Assembly: GCA_029932195.1 (NCBI GenBank)
Contig: JAOZQN010000002.1
Coordinates: 1-45,705, forward strand
Origin: Bacteroidales bacterium
Lineage (GTDB): Bacteria; Bacteroidota; Bacteroidia; Bacteroidales; JAOZQN01
Length of the DNA stretch: 45,705 nucleotides
Reading direction: 5' to 3'
This document shows, one piece after another, positions 17,807-26,879 of the stretch. How positions within the stretch are numbered: position 1 is the stretch's first letter; every line of letters starts with the position of its first letter. The translations under genes and the position numbers were made by a program. Under the pieces are notes generated by a model. That model did not search any database. It saw only the letters and a program-made list of their open reading frames with translations, and had not been told where the DNA came from.

Positions 17807-19144
17807 ATGCAAGTTTTTATCCCAAACAACTTTCTCCCAGAAAGAAAATATATAATTGAGATTTTAATTCATAATTTTCTTGGATTAAAATATGAGATAA
17901 GTTTTCATAACAAAAAATCGTATGTTTTTTTATTAGAAAATAAAAATAAATTAGTTTTTAAAGATGCTTTTTTTTCTAATTTTGAAGAAAGAAACGGTTA
18001 TTTATCTGGAAATAATTTGCCTGAAAAAGTAAAATTTTCGGAAAATAAATTTACATTAGAAAATGATATTCCAATTATTTTTGGCAACAAAAAAACAGAT
18101 ATTTCTGATACCGAAATAATTTGTGAAAATGATATTTTTGCCAGTTCATTTTTTATGCTAACTCGTTGGGAGGAACTGGTTATTAAAGATAAAGATAACC
18201 ATAATAGATTTCCAGAAGAACTATCTTTTTCTATAAAAAATAAAATCCATTTCCGACCAATTGTAAACGAATACGTAGAAATGCTTTGGAATATGCTCAA
18301 ATTTTTAGGCATATCTCAAAAAAGGAAGGAGAAGAAATATGAAGCCATTATTACTCACGATATTGACTTTATAAAAAGATATGATAAATTTTCAAAATTA
18401 ATAAAAGCAATTGGTGGAGATATTCTTTTAAGAAAAAATCCTTTTTTGATACCAAAAACTAAAAAAAATTATATAGATATAAAAAAAGGAAAAGAGAATG
18501 ATTTATACGATACTTTTGATTATTTGATGGATATTTCGGAAAAAAATAAAATAAAATCTCGCTTTTATTTTATTCCTGGAATGCTTGGAGAAAAAGATGT
18601 TAGATATAATATTACCAATAATTTTGTATCAGAAATTACAAAAAAAATATTAGACAGGGGACATATTGTGGGTTTGCATGGAACTTACGATAGTTATAAT
18701 TTACCCGAAAAATTTACGACTGAATTAGAGCGATTAAAAAAAATAACACCCGAAATAACAGAAGGTAGGCAACACTATTTAAGATTTGAAAATCCTACAA
18801 CTTGGCAAATTTGGGAGCAAAACAACTTACTATACGACAGCACAATAGGGTATTCAAAAGATGGGGGGTTTAGAGCAGGAATTTGCTACGAATATCCAAT
18901 TTTTGATCTAATTGAACGAAAACGATTAAACTTAATAGAACGTCCATTAATTGTTATGGAAGGAGCAATAAAATCATCTTATCCAGAACCAAAACTTTTT
19001 TATGATAAAATAATTGAATTAAAGAATATTGTAAAAAAATATAATGGTAAATTTGTCTTCCTTTGGCACAATAGTAATTTTAATACAGAGGAATGGCTTA
19101 CTTATAAAAAAAAATATTCACAAATAATTGCAGAAATAGTATGA
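17807..19144 (+). CDS. polysaccharide deacetylase-like (NodB-fold-like) protein with an uncharacterised N-terminal domain
   Basis: 445 aa. ITHDIDF and GLHGTYDSY motifs resemble divergent carbohydrate-esterase/deacetylase family members found in capsule loci. The assignment is tentative. Confidence 0.4.
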   Translation: MQVFIPNNFLPERKYIIEILIHNFLGLKYEISFHNKKSYVFLLENKNKLVFKDAFFSNFEERNGYLSGNNLPEKVKFSENKFTLENDIPIIFGNKKTDISDTEIICENDIFASSFFMLTRWEELVIKDKDNHNRFPEELSFSIKNKIHFRPIVNEYVEMLWNMLKFLGISQKRKEKKYEAIITHDIDFIKRYDKFSKLIKAIGGDILLRKNPFLIPKTKKNYIDIKKGKENDLYDTFDYLMDISEKNKIKSRFYFIPGMLGEKDVRYNITNNFVSEITKKILDRGHIVGLHGTYDSYNLPEKFTTELERLKKITPEITEGRQHYLRFENPTTWQIWEQNNLLYDSTIGYSKDGGFRAGICYEYPIFDLIERKRLNLIERPLIVMEGAIKSSYPEPKLFYDKIIELKNIVKKYNGKFVFLWHNSNFNTEEWLTYKKKYSQIIAEIV

Positions 19145-20349
19145 TCGTTTTTATTTATATTTTATTTCTATATTCTGGGCTGTTAAAATCAGTATTTTTA
19201 TTCTACAACATAGAATTACCTATTGATATTACTCTTATAACAGCTTGTTTATTAGTTATTTCCTTTTTTATTGATGTTTGGAAAAATAATTTTAAAGTTA
19301 AATTGAATAAAACAACTTTATTTGTTATTAGCTCAATATTGTTATTCTTTTTTTGGATTTTATTTACATTAATATATAGTCCTTCTGAAAAATATAGTTT
19401 TATTAAATCATTTTATTTTACTACTAATATTTTAACACTATTTTTCCCTTTATTAATTAGTAATTTTAATGTTAAAAAATTTATTAAATTTAGTCTTTTT
19501 TCTTCTCTATCCATTGCCATTTGGTATTTTTGGGTAGATTTTAATTCCAGTTCTTATATTTATAAATCTATTCAATATCAAATATATAGCTCACTTTATT
19601 TAACTATTTCAGGAGTATTAGGTGTAAATTTTCTAATTTTATTAACCACTAAATCTATTCTTTTTAACAAAAAAATATATGATACTATTTTAATTATTAT
19701 TACCCTATCTTTTATGTTGTTGATAAGAGGTAGAGGTCCTTTGTTGTTTGCAATTATTATTGCATTTATCTATTTTTCATATAAATTATTATCAGCAAAA
19801 AAAATTAATCTGAAAATTAATCTGAACAGAGTTATTTTTGCACTGTTTTTAATTGTTGGCTTCTCTATAATTATAACTATCTTATTATTACAGTTTAATG
19901 AACAAATATTAGCAATGCTAAATAAAACATTTTACAGATTTGCTGTTATTTTTTCAGGACTAGGAACTAGTGACATGGGAAACTCTGTAAATACAAGGGT
20001 GGATCATATTTATTTTTCCAAAGAATTGATATTAGACAATTTTACTAATTTTATTGGAGGCTATGGTATAGGGAGTTATGGAATATTATATTTAGGTATA
20101 GACCAAAGAACTTATCCACATAATATTATTTTAGAAATAATGGTAGAATTAGGAATAATTGGTTTAATATTATTTAGTATATACCTGTTTTTTAACCTTT
20201 TTTATCGGAAACAAAAAAACCAATATATTTCATCTTTTGTAATATTTTATTTAATCTTAAATATGTTAAAATCAAGTTCTTTGGTTGATTTAAGAATGTA
20301 TTTTGCTATATTTGCAATGTTCTTAATTATTAATACTAAGGCAAATTAA
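19141..20349 (+). CDS. O-antigen polymerase (Wzy)-like membrane protein
   Basis: 402 aa, ~10 TM helices, low-complexity hydrophobic sequence. The periplasmic-loop motif R..H.....E......GYGIGSY......YPHN..LE is typical of Wzy/O-antigen ligase proteins. Its ATGA overlaps the upstream gene. Confidence 0.6.
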   Translation: MIVFIYILFLYSGLLKSVFLFYNIELPIDITLITACLLVISFFIDVWKNNFKVKLNKTTLFVISSILLFFFWILFTLIYSPSEKYSFIKSFYFTTNILTLFFPLLISNFNVKKFIKFSLFSSLSIAIWYFWVDFNSSSYIYKSIQYQIYSSLYLTISGVLGVNFLILLTTKSILFNKKIYDTILIIITLSFMLLIRGRGPLLFAIIIAFIYFSYKLLSAKKINLKINLNRVIFALFLIVGFSIIITILLLQFNEQILAMLNKTFYRFAVIFSGLGTSDMGNSVNTRVDHIYFSKELILDNFTNFIGGYGIGSYGILYLGIDQRTYPHNIILEIMVELGIIGLILFSIYLFFNLFYRKQKNQYISSFVIFYLILNMLKSSSLVDLRMYFAIFAMFLIINTKAN

Positions 20350-20490
20350 AACTAATAATTAGCCATTTAAACTTGTTCTTTTTCCATTTAACTGCTTCAA
20401 AAAAAGATTAAATATTCCCGATATTCTCATATTCTTTTGAATTGTTAAAGAAAAAAATAACTTCGTTTAAATTGGCTAATTATTAATTTT
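20348..20490. repeat. 143-bp palindromic intergenic element
   Basis: Arms aaaactaataattagccatttaaac (20348..20372) and gtttaaattggctaattattaatttt (20465..20490) are complementary apart from one mismatch and one indel. The interior is also partly self-complementary. Confidence 0.7.
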
Positions 20491-20516
20491 AGTTTGCCTA
20501 AAAAAACATCTTATTT

Positions 20517-21614
20517 ATGAAAAAAATATGTCATCTCACATCAGTTCACCCACGTTACGATACTCGTATTTTTATAAAAGAATGCCAAAGTTTGCAAAAA
20601 GCAGGCTTTGATGTAAGCCTAATTGTGGCAGATAATAAAGGTGATGAGACTAAAAATAATATAAAAATTTATGATGTAGGAACTGAACCTACAAGAGGAA
20701 AAAGAATGCTCAAAACTCCAAAAAAAGTATATGAAAAAGCATTAGAAATTGATGCAGATATTTATCATTTTCACGACCCAGAACTAATTAATACAGGTGT
20801 AAAACTATTAAATTTAGGAAAAAAAGTAATTTACGATGTTCACGAAGACGTGCCTCGTCAGATTTTGAGCAAACCTTATTTAAAATCATTTATGAAACCA
20901 CTTGTCTCAAATGGTTTTGAAAAATATGAAAATAAAAATGCAAAAAAATTCTCACATATAATAACTGCAACAGATTTTATTACAGACAGGTTCTTGAAAG
21001 TAAATAAAAACTCATCTTCAATAAAAAATTATCCAAAAATAGACGAACTAAAATTAGATATTTCGTGGAAAGATAAAAAAAATAGAGCTTGTTATATTGG
21101 TTCAATATCTAAAGTTAGAGGTATTTCTGAAATAGTGCAAGCAATGCAATATTCTGATTATCAGATAAATCTTGCAGGAAAATTTAATGATAAAAATTTA
21201 GAAAATGAAACAAAAATTTTACCTTCGTGGGAAAAAATAATTGAACATGGATTTGCTAACAGAGAACAAATAAAACAAATATTACAAGAATCAAAAGTTG
21301 GACTTGTAACATTATATCCTACAATTAGTTATAAAGATGCCTTACCCGTAAAAATGTTTGAATATATGCTTGCAGGAATTCCTGTAATTTCTTCAAACAT
21401 AGAACTTTGGAGGCAAATTGTGGACGATGCCAATTGTGGAATATGTGTAAACCCATACGAGCCAAAAGAAATAGCAGAAGCAATAAATAAAATAATTGAA
21501 GACGATAAACTCTCAGAAGAAATGGGAAGAAATGGACAAAAAGCAGTTTTAGAAAAATATAATTGGAAAAATGAAGAGCAAAAACTAATAGAAATATATA
21601 CTAATTTAATTTAA
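20517..21614 (+). CDS. family 4 glycosyltransferase (GT-B)
   Basis: 365 aa. N-terminal KICHLTSVHPRYDTRIF and the C-terminal E-x7-E region (PVKMFEYMLAGIPVISS) are typical of GT4. Confidence 0.8.
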   Translation: MKKICHLTSVHPRYDTRIFIKECQSLQKAGFDVSLIVADNKGDETKNNIKIYDVGTEPTRGKRMLKTPKKVYEKALEIDADIYHFHDPELINTGVKLLNLGKKVIYDVHEDVPRQILSKPYLKSFMKPLVSNGFEKYENKNAKKFSHIITATDFITDRFLKVNKNSSSIKNYPKIDELKLDISWKDKKNRACYIGSISKVRGISEIVQAMQYSDYQINLAGKFNDKNLENETKILPSWEKIIEHGFANREQIKQILQESKVGLVTLYPTISYKDALPVKMFEYMLAGIPVISSNIELWRQIVDDANCGICVNPYEPKEIAEAINKIIEDDKLSEEMGRNGQKAVLEKYNWKNEEQKLIEIYTNLI

Positions 21615-21676
21615 AATTCAAAAAAATTAAAACTTCTTTAAATAATTAAATTTTTGGTTATTTTATAGAGTTAATT

Positions 21677-21684
21677 TACATTTG
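21677..21684 (+). promoter_or_regulatory. -7 promoter box (TAcaTTTG)
   Basis: Exact TAnnTTTG match 29 nt upstream of the ATG at 21713. Confidence 0.45.
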
Positions 21685-21712
21685 CAAAATAAGAAATTTG
21701 ATTAAAAATAAA

Positions 21713-22267
21713 ATGCAAAATAAAACAGACCTTTCTAAATACAACAACAGCTCTTACAATCCTGGTAAAAATGTGATTGTTAGAATTTTATGGTATTATA
21801 TAAATATAATATTTTTCAAAAACTCGTTTAATACTTTAAATTTTACCAAAGTTTTTTTGCTAAAATTATTTGGAGCAAAAATAGGACAAGGAGTTGTTAT
21901 TAAACCTTCTGTAAATATTAAATATCCTTGGCGATTGCAAATAGGCAACCACGTCTGGATAGGCGAAAATGCTTGGATAGATAATCTTGCAGATGTAAAA
22001 ATTGGCGACAATTGTTGTATTTCGCAAGGTGCAATGTTGCTCACAGGTAGCCATGATTATTCTAAAACAACTTTTGATGTAATCACTGGTGAAATTATTT
22101 TAGAAGATGGAGTTTGGATAGGAGCAAAAAGCATTGTTTATCCAGATATTATTTGTAAATCACACTCCCTTTTGGGAGTAAATTCTGTTGCAACTAAAAA
22201 ATTAGACCCATATTTTATTTATCACGGAAATCCTGCTGTTAAAATTTCAAAACGAACTGTAAAATGA
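21713..22267 (+). CDS. WcaF-like hexapeptide-repeat O-acetyltransferase
   Basis: N-terminus (LSKYNNS.YNPGK...R.LWY..N..FF) is like colanic-acid WcaF. Left-handed beta-helix hexapeptide repeats (IGNHVWIGENAWIDNLADVKIGDNCCIS). The ORF track starts at a TTG (21698); the ATG at 21713 is preferred. Confidence 0.8.
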   Translation: MQNKTDLSKYNNSSYNPGKNVIVRILWYYINIIFFKNSFNTLNFTKVFLLKLFGAKIGQGVVIKPSVNIKYPWRLQIGNHVWIGENAWIDNLADVKIGDNCCISQGAMLLTGSHDYSKTTFDVITGEIILEDGVWIGAKSIVYPDIICKSHSLLGVNSVATKKLDPYFIYHGNPAVKISKRTVK

Positions 22268-22947
22268 AACAAAAAATAAGAAATTTTGTATTTAAGAACT
22301 CTCATTTAATTGGAAGTAAGCTATCTGCAAAATTTATTAGATTAGGATATTTAATAGAATGTTCTAAATGGTATAAAAAATATAACGCACCTGTTTTTGC
22401 AGAAAGAAAAGAAATGTATAATTTTCTAATTGAAAAAGAAAGCTTAATTTCTAACGAAATATGTTATATGGAATTTGGGGTTTCAAAAGGTTGGGGATTT
22501 CATTTTTGGTATCAAACAAATAAGCATAAAAGTTCGCAATTCTTTGGTTTTGATACATTTGAAGGAATACCAGAAGACTGGGGTAGTGTTAAAAAAGGAG
22601 CTTATACTGCCGAAGGAAAAATTCCAACAGTTGCAGACCCCCGTTGTAAATTTATTGTAGGACTTTTTCAAGATACAATAGATGAATTCATCAAAAATAA
22701 TGAGCTAAACAAACGTAATGTAATACTTTTTGATGCAGGTTTATATAATGCCACTTTATTTGTTCTTCTTAAACTTCAAAATAATTTAAAAGCAGGAGAT
22801 ATTATTATTTTTGATGAATTCTTCTCTGTTTCAAAAGCCGACCATGAAATGAGAGCTTTTATCGATTTTCTTTCATTATATAAAATTAATTTTGAAGTGA
22901 TAGCAAAAACACTGACTCAAATTACAATAAAAATAAAAGATGAATAA
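22264..22947 (+). CDS. TylF/MycF-like class I SAM-dependent methyltransferase
   Basis: MEFGVSKGWG, FGFDTFEGIPEDW, VGLFQDT and ILFDAGLYNAT...GDIIIFDEF follow the macrocin-O-methyltransferase family block order. Confidence 0.6.
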   Translation: MKQKIRNFVFKNSHLIGSKLSAKFIRLGYLIECSKWYKKYNAPVFAERKEMYNFLIEKESLISNEICYMEFGVSKGWGFHFWYQTNKHKSSQFFGFDTFEGIPEDWGSVKKGAYTAEGKIPTVADPRCKFIVGLFQDTIDEFIKNNELNKRNVILFDAGLYNATLFVLLKLQNNLKAGDIIIFDEFFSVSKADHEMRAFIDFLSLYKINFEVIAKTLTQITIKIKDE

Positions 22948-24871
22948 ATCTGAACAATTATATTATCAAGCACTTTTAATCCGCCAAGTAGAAAATAAAT
23001 TTCTGCAACTTTTTTCGGAAGGAAAACTTAATGGAACAGTTCATACATCTGTTGGACAGGAGTTTACGGCAGTCGCTTTTGCAGGACAATTAGAAAAATC
23101 GGATTTTATTTTTTCCAATCATCGCTGTCATGGACATTATATTTCGTTTACAGATGACATTAAAGGACTTTTAGCAGAACTAATGGGCAAGGAACAAGGG
23201 ACTTGCGGAGGTGTTGGAAGTAGTCAGCATTTGTGCGAAGGCAATTTTTTTTCAAATGGTATTCAGGGAGGAATTGTGCCAGTTGCAGCAGGTTTTGCTC
23301 TTGCTAACAAGCTGAAAGACAATGGCAATATTGGCATTGTTTTTATTGGAGACGGCACGCTTGGAGAAGGGGTGCTTTATGAAACGATGAATATTATTTC
23401 TAAATGGAAAATTCCAGTTATGATTGTTTGCGAAAATAATTTGTATGCACAATCTACACATCAATCGACAAACTTGGCTGGTGATATTCTAAAACGTGCA
23501 GAAGCATTTGATATTAAGACTTTTAAATCGGATACTTGGCAAGTTGAAGATTTAATGAAAAATGCAAAACAGTCAATTGATTTTGTTCGAAAAAATCAAA
23601 AACCAGCATTTCATCTTGTTGATACTTACAGACTTAACGCACATTCAAAAGGAGACGATGATAGAGAACAATCTGAAATTAATAAATATCAAGAAATTGA
23701 CCCAATAAATATTTTTTCAAAAACGAATCCAGAATTATTTAATAATTATTTAAAGGAAATAAATCAAAAAATAAATCAAATTGTTAAAAATTTAGAAGAA
23801 CTTCCAGAATTAAGTATTGATAATTATTATACAAAAGAAACAGAACAAAAAGAATACGAATGGACTAATTTAGAGGAAATAAACAAGCGTCAGGTTCAAT
23901 TGCTGAACGAGTTTTTTAAGGAAAAAATGAGCCAAGATAAAAAATTGGTTTTTATTGGTGAAGACATTTTAAGTCCTTATGGTGGAGCGTTTAAAGTTGC
24001 AAAAGATTTATCTTTTGAATTTCCTAAAAATGTATTTTCTACGCCAATTAGTGAGGCGGCAATTACAGGCATTGGCAACGGATTAGCACTCGCAGGCACA
24101 AAACCGTTTGTGGAAATTATGTTTGGCGATTTTATAACACTTGCCTTAGACCAGATAATTAATCATGCCTCCAAGTTTTATCATATGTATAACAAGCAAA
24201 TAGCTTGCCCTGTGGTAATTAGAACTCCAATGGGAGGAGGACGTGGCTACGGTCCTACGCATTCGCAAACTTTGGATAAATTGCTAATAGGTATTGATAA
24301 TGTGAAAACTATCGCATTAAATACACTCACGAATCCAAAAGAAATTTACAACTCCATTTATACCGAAAATCACCCAGTTATTGTTATTGAAAATAAAATT
24401 GATTACGGTAAAAAAATCAATAAAAATAAAATTGCTAATTATAAATATTTAAAATCTTCTCATAAATATCCTATAATTAAGGCTTTACCTGTTGTTTCTG
24501 AACCTACTGCTACAATTGTAACCTACGGAGGTATGGCAAATGTTGTTTTAAATAGTGTCAAAAATATTTTTAAAGAAACAGAGTTAAAACCTGAAATCTT
24601 AATTTTATCAAAAATTAATCCTATTGATTATCTACCAATTATAGCATCGGTAAACAAAACAGGACGTTTATATGTTGTAGAAGAAGGTAGCACTACGGGA
24701 GGTATTGGTAGTGAGATAATTGCAAAAATATCTGAAGTAGTAGAAAGAAAAATTATTTGTAGAAGAATTGGAGCAATGCCTGTTCCTATTCCAGCCGTTA
24801 AATCATTAGAAACAGAAGTTTTACCATCAGAAAAATTAATTCTTTCGGAAATAAAAAAAACAATAAAATGA
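22940..24871 (+). CDS. TPP-dependent 2-oxoacid dehydrogenase E1 component, fused alpha/beta subunits
   Basis: 643 aa. The alpha part carries the TPP motif GDG-x26-NN (GDGTLGEG...VCENN). The beta part has the transketolase-like pyrimidine-binding pattern (FIGEDI..PYGGAFKV...FSTPISEAAITGIGNGLA). Confidence 0.85.
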   Translation: MNKSEQLYYQALLIRQVENKFLQLFSEGKLNGTVHTSVGQEFTAVAFAGQLEKSDFIFSNHRCHGHYISFTDDIKGLLAELMGKEQGTCGGVGSSQHLCEGNFFSNGIQGGIVPVAAGFALANKLKDNGNIGIVFIGDGTLGEGVLYETMNIISKWKIPVMIVCENNLYAQSTHQSTNLAGDILKRAEAFDIKTFKSDTWQVEDLMKNAKQSIDFVRKNQKPAFHLVDTYRLNAHSKGDDDREQSEINKYQEIDPINIFSKTNPELFNNYLKEINQKINQIVKNLEELPELSIDNYYTKETEQKEYEWTNLEEINKRQVQLLNEFFKEKMSQDKKLVFIGEDILSPYGGAFKVAKDLSFEFPKNVFSTPISEAAITGIGNGLALAGTKPFVEIMFGDFITLALDQIINHASKFYHMYNKQIACPVVIRTPMGGGRGYGPTHSQTLDKLLIGIDNVKTIALNTLTNPKEIYNSIYTENHPVIVIENKIDYGKKINKNKIANYKYLKSSHKYPIIKALPVVSEPTATIVTYGGMANVVLNSVKNIFKETELKPEILILSKINPIDYLPIIASVNKTGRLYVVEEGSTTGGIGSEIIAKISEVVERKIICRRIGAMPVPIPAVKSLETEVLPSEKLILSEIKKTIK

Positions 24872-26139
24872 AAATTTTACAAGAAATAAAAGTCCCTCAA
24901 GAATCGGTAAACGACGAATTTATTTCGATTGTAGATATTCTTTTTAATGATGGAGAATTTGTTGAAGAGGGCGATATTTTAATTGAATTAGAAACCTCAA
25001 AAGCAGTATTTACTATTGAAAGTGAGGTAGATGGATACGTTCATTATCTTTGTAAAAATGAAGACGAAGTTGCCGTAAACTCAATTATTATCAAAATCTT
25101 TGATGAGTATGACGCTAAAGAACTATCAGAAATCTCAAATGTATCTGACAGTTTTGAAATTTCTAATATTTCGGAAACATTTTTTTCTGAAAAAGCAAAT
25201 CAGTATATTATTGAAAATAAGATTGATAAATCAAAATTTCTTCATCTTGATTTTGTTAACACAGCCGATATTTTTAATATTTTAGGAATAAATAAAAAAG
25301 AAAAAACTGTAGTTCCAATTCAAAAAAGAGAAGACAAAACTGAAATAGTTGATGAAAGCAAAGTTATTCTTGAAAATTTATCTAAAAATAAAAAAAGAGA
25401 AATAGAATATCTAAAAGCTGTTCAAAAAGAGAACCTTAACAGCACCGTAAATATAAATATTGATACAAAAAATATTTTTGTGAAGATAAATCCTCATCTT
25501 AAATATTTTAAAAATTCGCTTCTGCCAATAATCATTTTTGAAACAGCTCGATTATTAAAAAAACATCCAGAATTTAATTCTTATTTTGTTAATAATCAGA
25601 TTGCTATTTACAACGAAATAAATATTGGACTTGCGATTGATATGGATTTAGGTTTAAAAACAGTAAAGATTCCAGATACTATTTCAAAAACAATTCAAGA
25701 AACGGAGCAACTAATTTTTGATTTATCAAACAAATATATTGATAATAAATTACAAATAACCGACCTAACAGATATTACGTTCACAATCACCGACTTATCT
25801 TCGGAAGGAGTAGATTTTTTTGTTCCACTTATCAATAAAAATAATGCTGCAATACTTGGAATTTCGGCAGATGACAAAAAATTAAATCGCACAACTTTGA
25901 GCCTCACTTTTGATCACAGAATTACTGCCGGAAAAAAAGCTACCATATTTTTGAGAGAACTAAAAAAGAGAATAGAAAGTTACAAACAACAAAATATCAA
26001 CGAAATAGATACATCAATAAAATGTTTTAAATGTATGAAATCGTTGAAAGATGATTTTAATGAAGTTGGTTTTTTAAAAACAACTATTAAAAGTGGTGAG
26101 GAAAAATATATTTGTCAAACTTGTTTTACAGGATTTTAA
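24868..26139 (+). CDS. 2-oxoacid dehydrogenase E2 acyltransferase (lipoyl domain + catalytic domain) with a C-terminal Cys4 tail
   Basis: Lipoyl-lysine motif ELETSKAVFTIES. Catalytic motif LTFDHRITAGKKA (family consensus DHR..DG). The extra tail is CFKC-x27-CQTC. Its ATGA overlaps E1. Confidence 0.75.
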   Translation: MKILQEIKVPQESVNDEFISIVDILFNDGEFVEEGDILIELETSKAVFTIESEVDGYVHYLCKNEDEVAVNSIIIKIFDEYDAKELSEISNVSDSFEISNISETFFSEKANQYIIENKIDKSKFLHLDFVNTADIFNILGINKKEKTVVPIQKREDKTEIVDESKVILENLSKNKKREIEYLKAVQKENLNSTVNINIDTKNIFVKINPHLKYFKNSLLPIIIFETARLLKKHPEFNSYFVNNQIAIYNEINIGLAIDMDLGLKTVKIPDTISKTIQETEQLIFDLSNKYIDNKLQITDLTDITFTITDLSSEGVDFFVPLINKNNAAILGISADDKKLNRTTLSLTFDHRITAGKKATIFLRELKKRIESYKQQNINEIDTSIKCFKCMKSLKDDFNEVGFLKTTIKSGEEKYICQTCFTGF

Positions 26140-26150
26140 AATTTCAACAA

Positions 26151-26876
26151 ATGAAAAACGAATACACTGATATAAAGAATATTATATCTGCATTTATAAA
26201 AAAAACAGCAGAGCAAATCACAGAAAATACAGTTATTGATAAAACTGTTGTTCAAGGCTCAATTCTTATACACAGAATGTATGCAGAAATTGCAGATATT
26301 GGCTATAGTATTGATAATTATAATGATATAAAAACTTATGCTGACTTATTACAAAAAATAAATCCAGAAAATAATATTATAATTCAAAAAAATATTACTG
26401 TAAATTTAGAAGATAAAAACACCTCAAGTAATAATTCTGTAGGTATTGATATTGAGCAAGTATCAAATTTTAAAGAAGTAAATGATTATCGTGAAGATAA
26501 TTTTTACAAACAAAATTTTACAGAACAAGAAATAGCTCATTGCTTATTACAGCCAAGTATGTTACAGAGTTTTACAGGGAAATTTGCAGCAAAAGAAGCA
26601 ATTGTTAAAGCAGATAATTCTTATAAAAAATTATCTTTTAATCAAATTGAAATTTCAAATGATACCGAAGGAAAACCATTATTCCACGATTTTCATATTT
26701 CCATAAGCCATACCAACGACTTGGCAATAGCGGTAGCAATTCAAATAAAAGAACCTGAAAAAACTGAAACAGTTATAACTCAAACAAATAACAACTCTGT
26801 AAGTAAATATTTATCAATAGGAGCTTTTATTGTTTCAATTATTGCGTTGGGGCTAACTGTTTCTCAGCTATTTTAA
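26151..26876 (+). CDS. carrier-protein-like domain fused to an AcpS-type 4'-phosphopantetheinyl transferase, with a C-terminal TM anchor
   Basis: The N-terminal ~75 aa have an ACP/PCP-like helix pattern with a candidate Ser in VVQGSILIHRMYAEI. The middle has AcpS motifs (VGIDIEQV, FTEQEIAHC, FAAKEAIVKA, ISISHT). The C-terminus is hydrophobic (YLSIGAFIVSIIALGLTV). The ATG at 26151 is preferred over the TTG at 26112. Confidence 0.6.
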   Translation: MKNEYTDIKNIISAFIKKTAEQITENTVIDKTVVQGSILIHRMYAEIADIGYSIDNYNDIKTYADLLQKINPENNIIIQKNITVNLEDKNTSSNNSVGIDIEQVSNFKEVNDYREDNFYKQNFTEQEIAHCLLQPSMLQSFTGKFAAKEAIVKADNSYKKLSFNQIEISNDTEGKPLFHDFHISISHTNDLAIAVAIQIKEPEKTETVITQTNNNSVSKYLSIGAFIVSIIALGLTVSQLF

Positions 26877-26879
26877 AAC

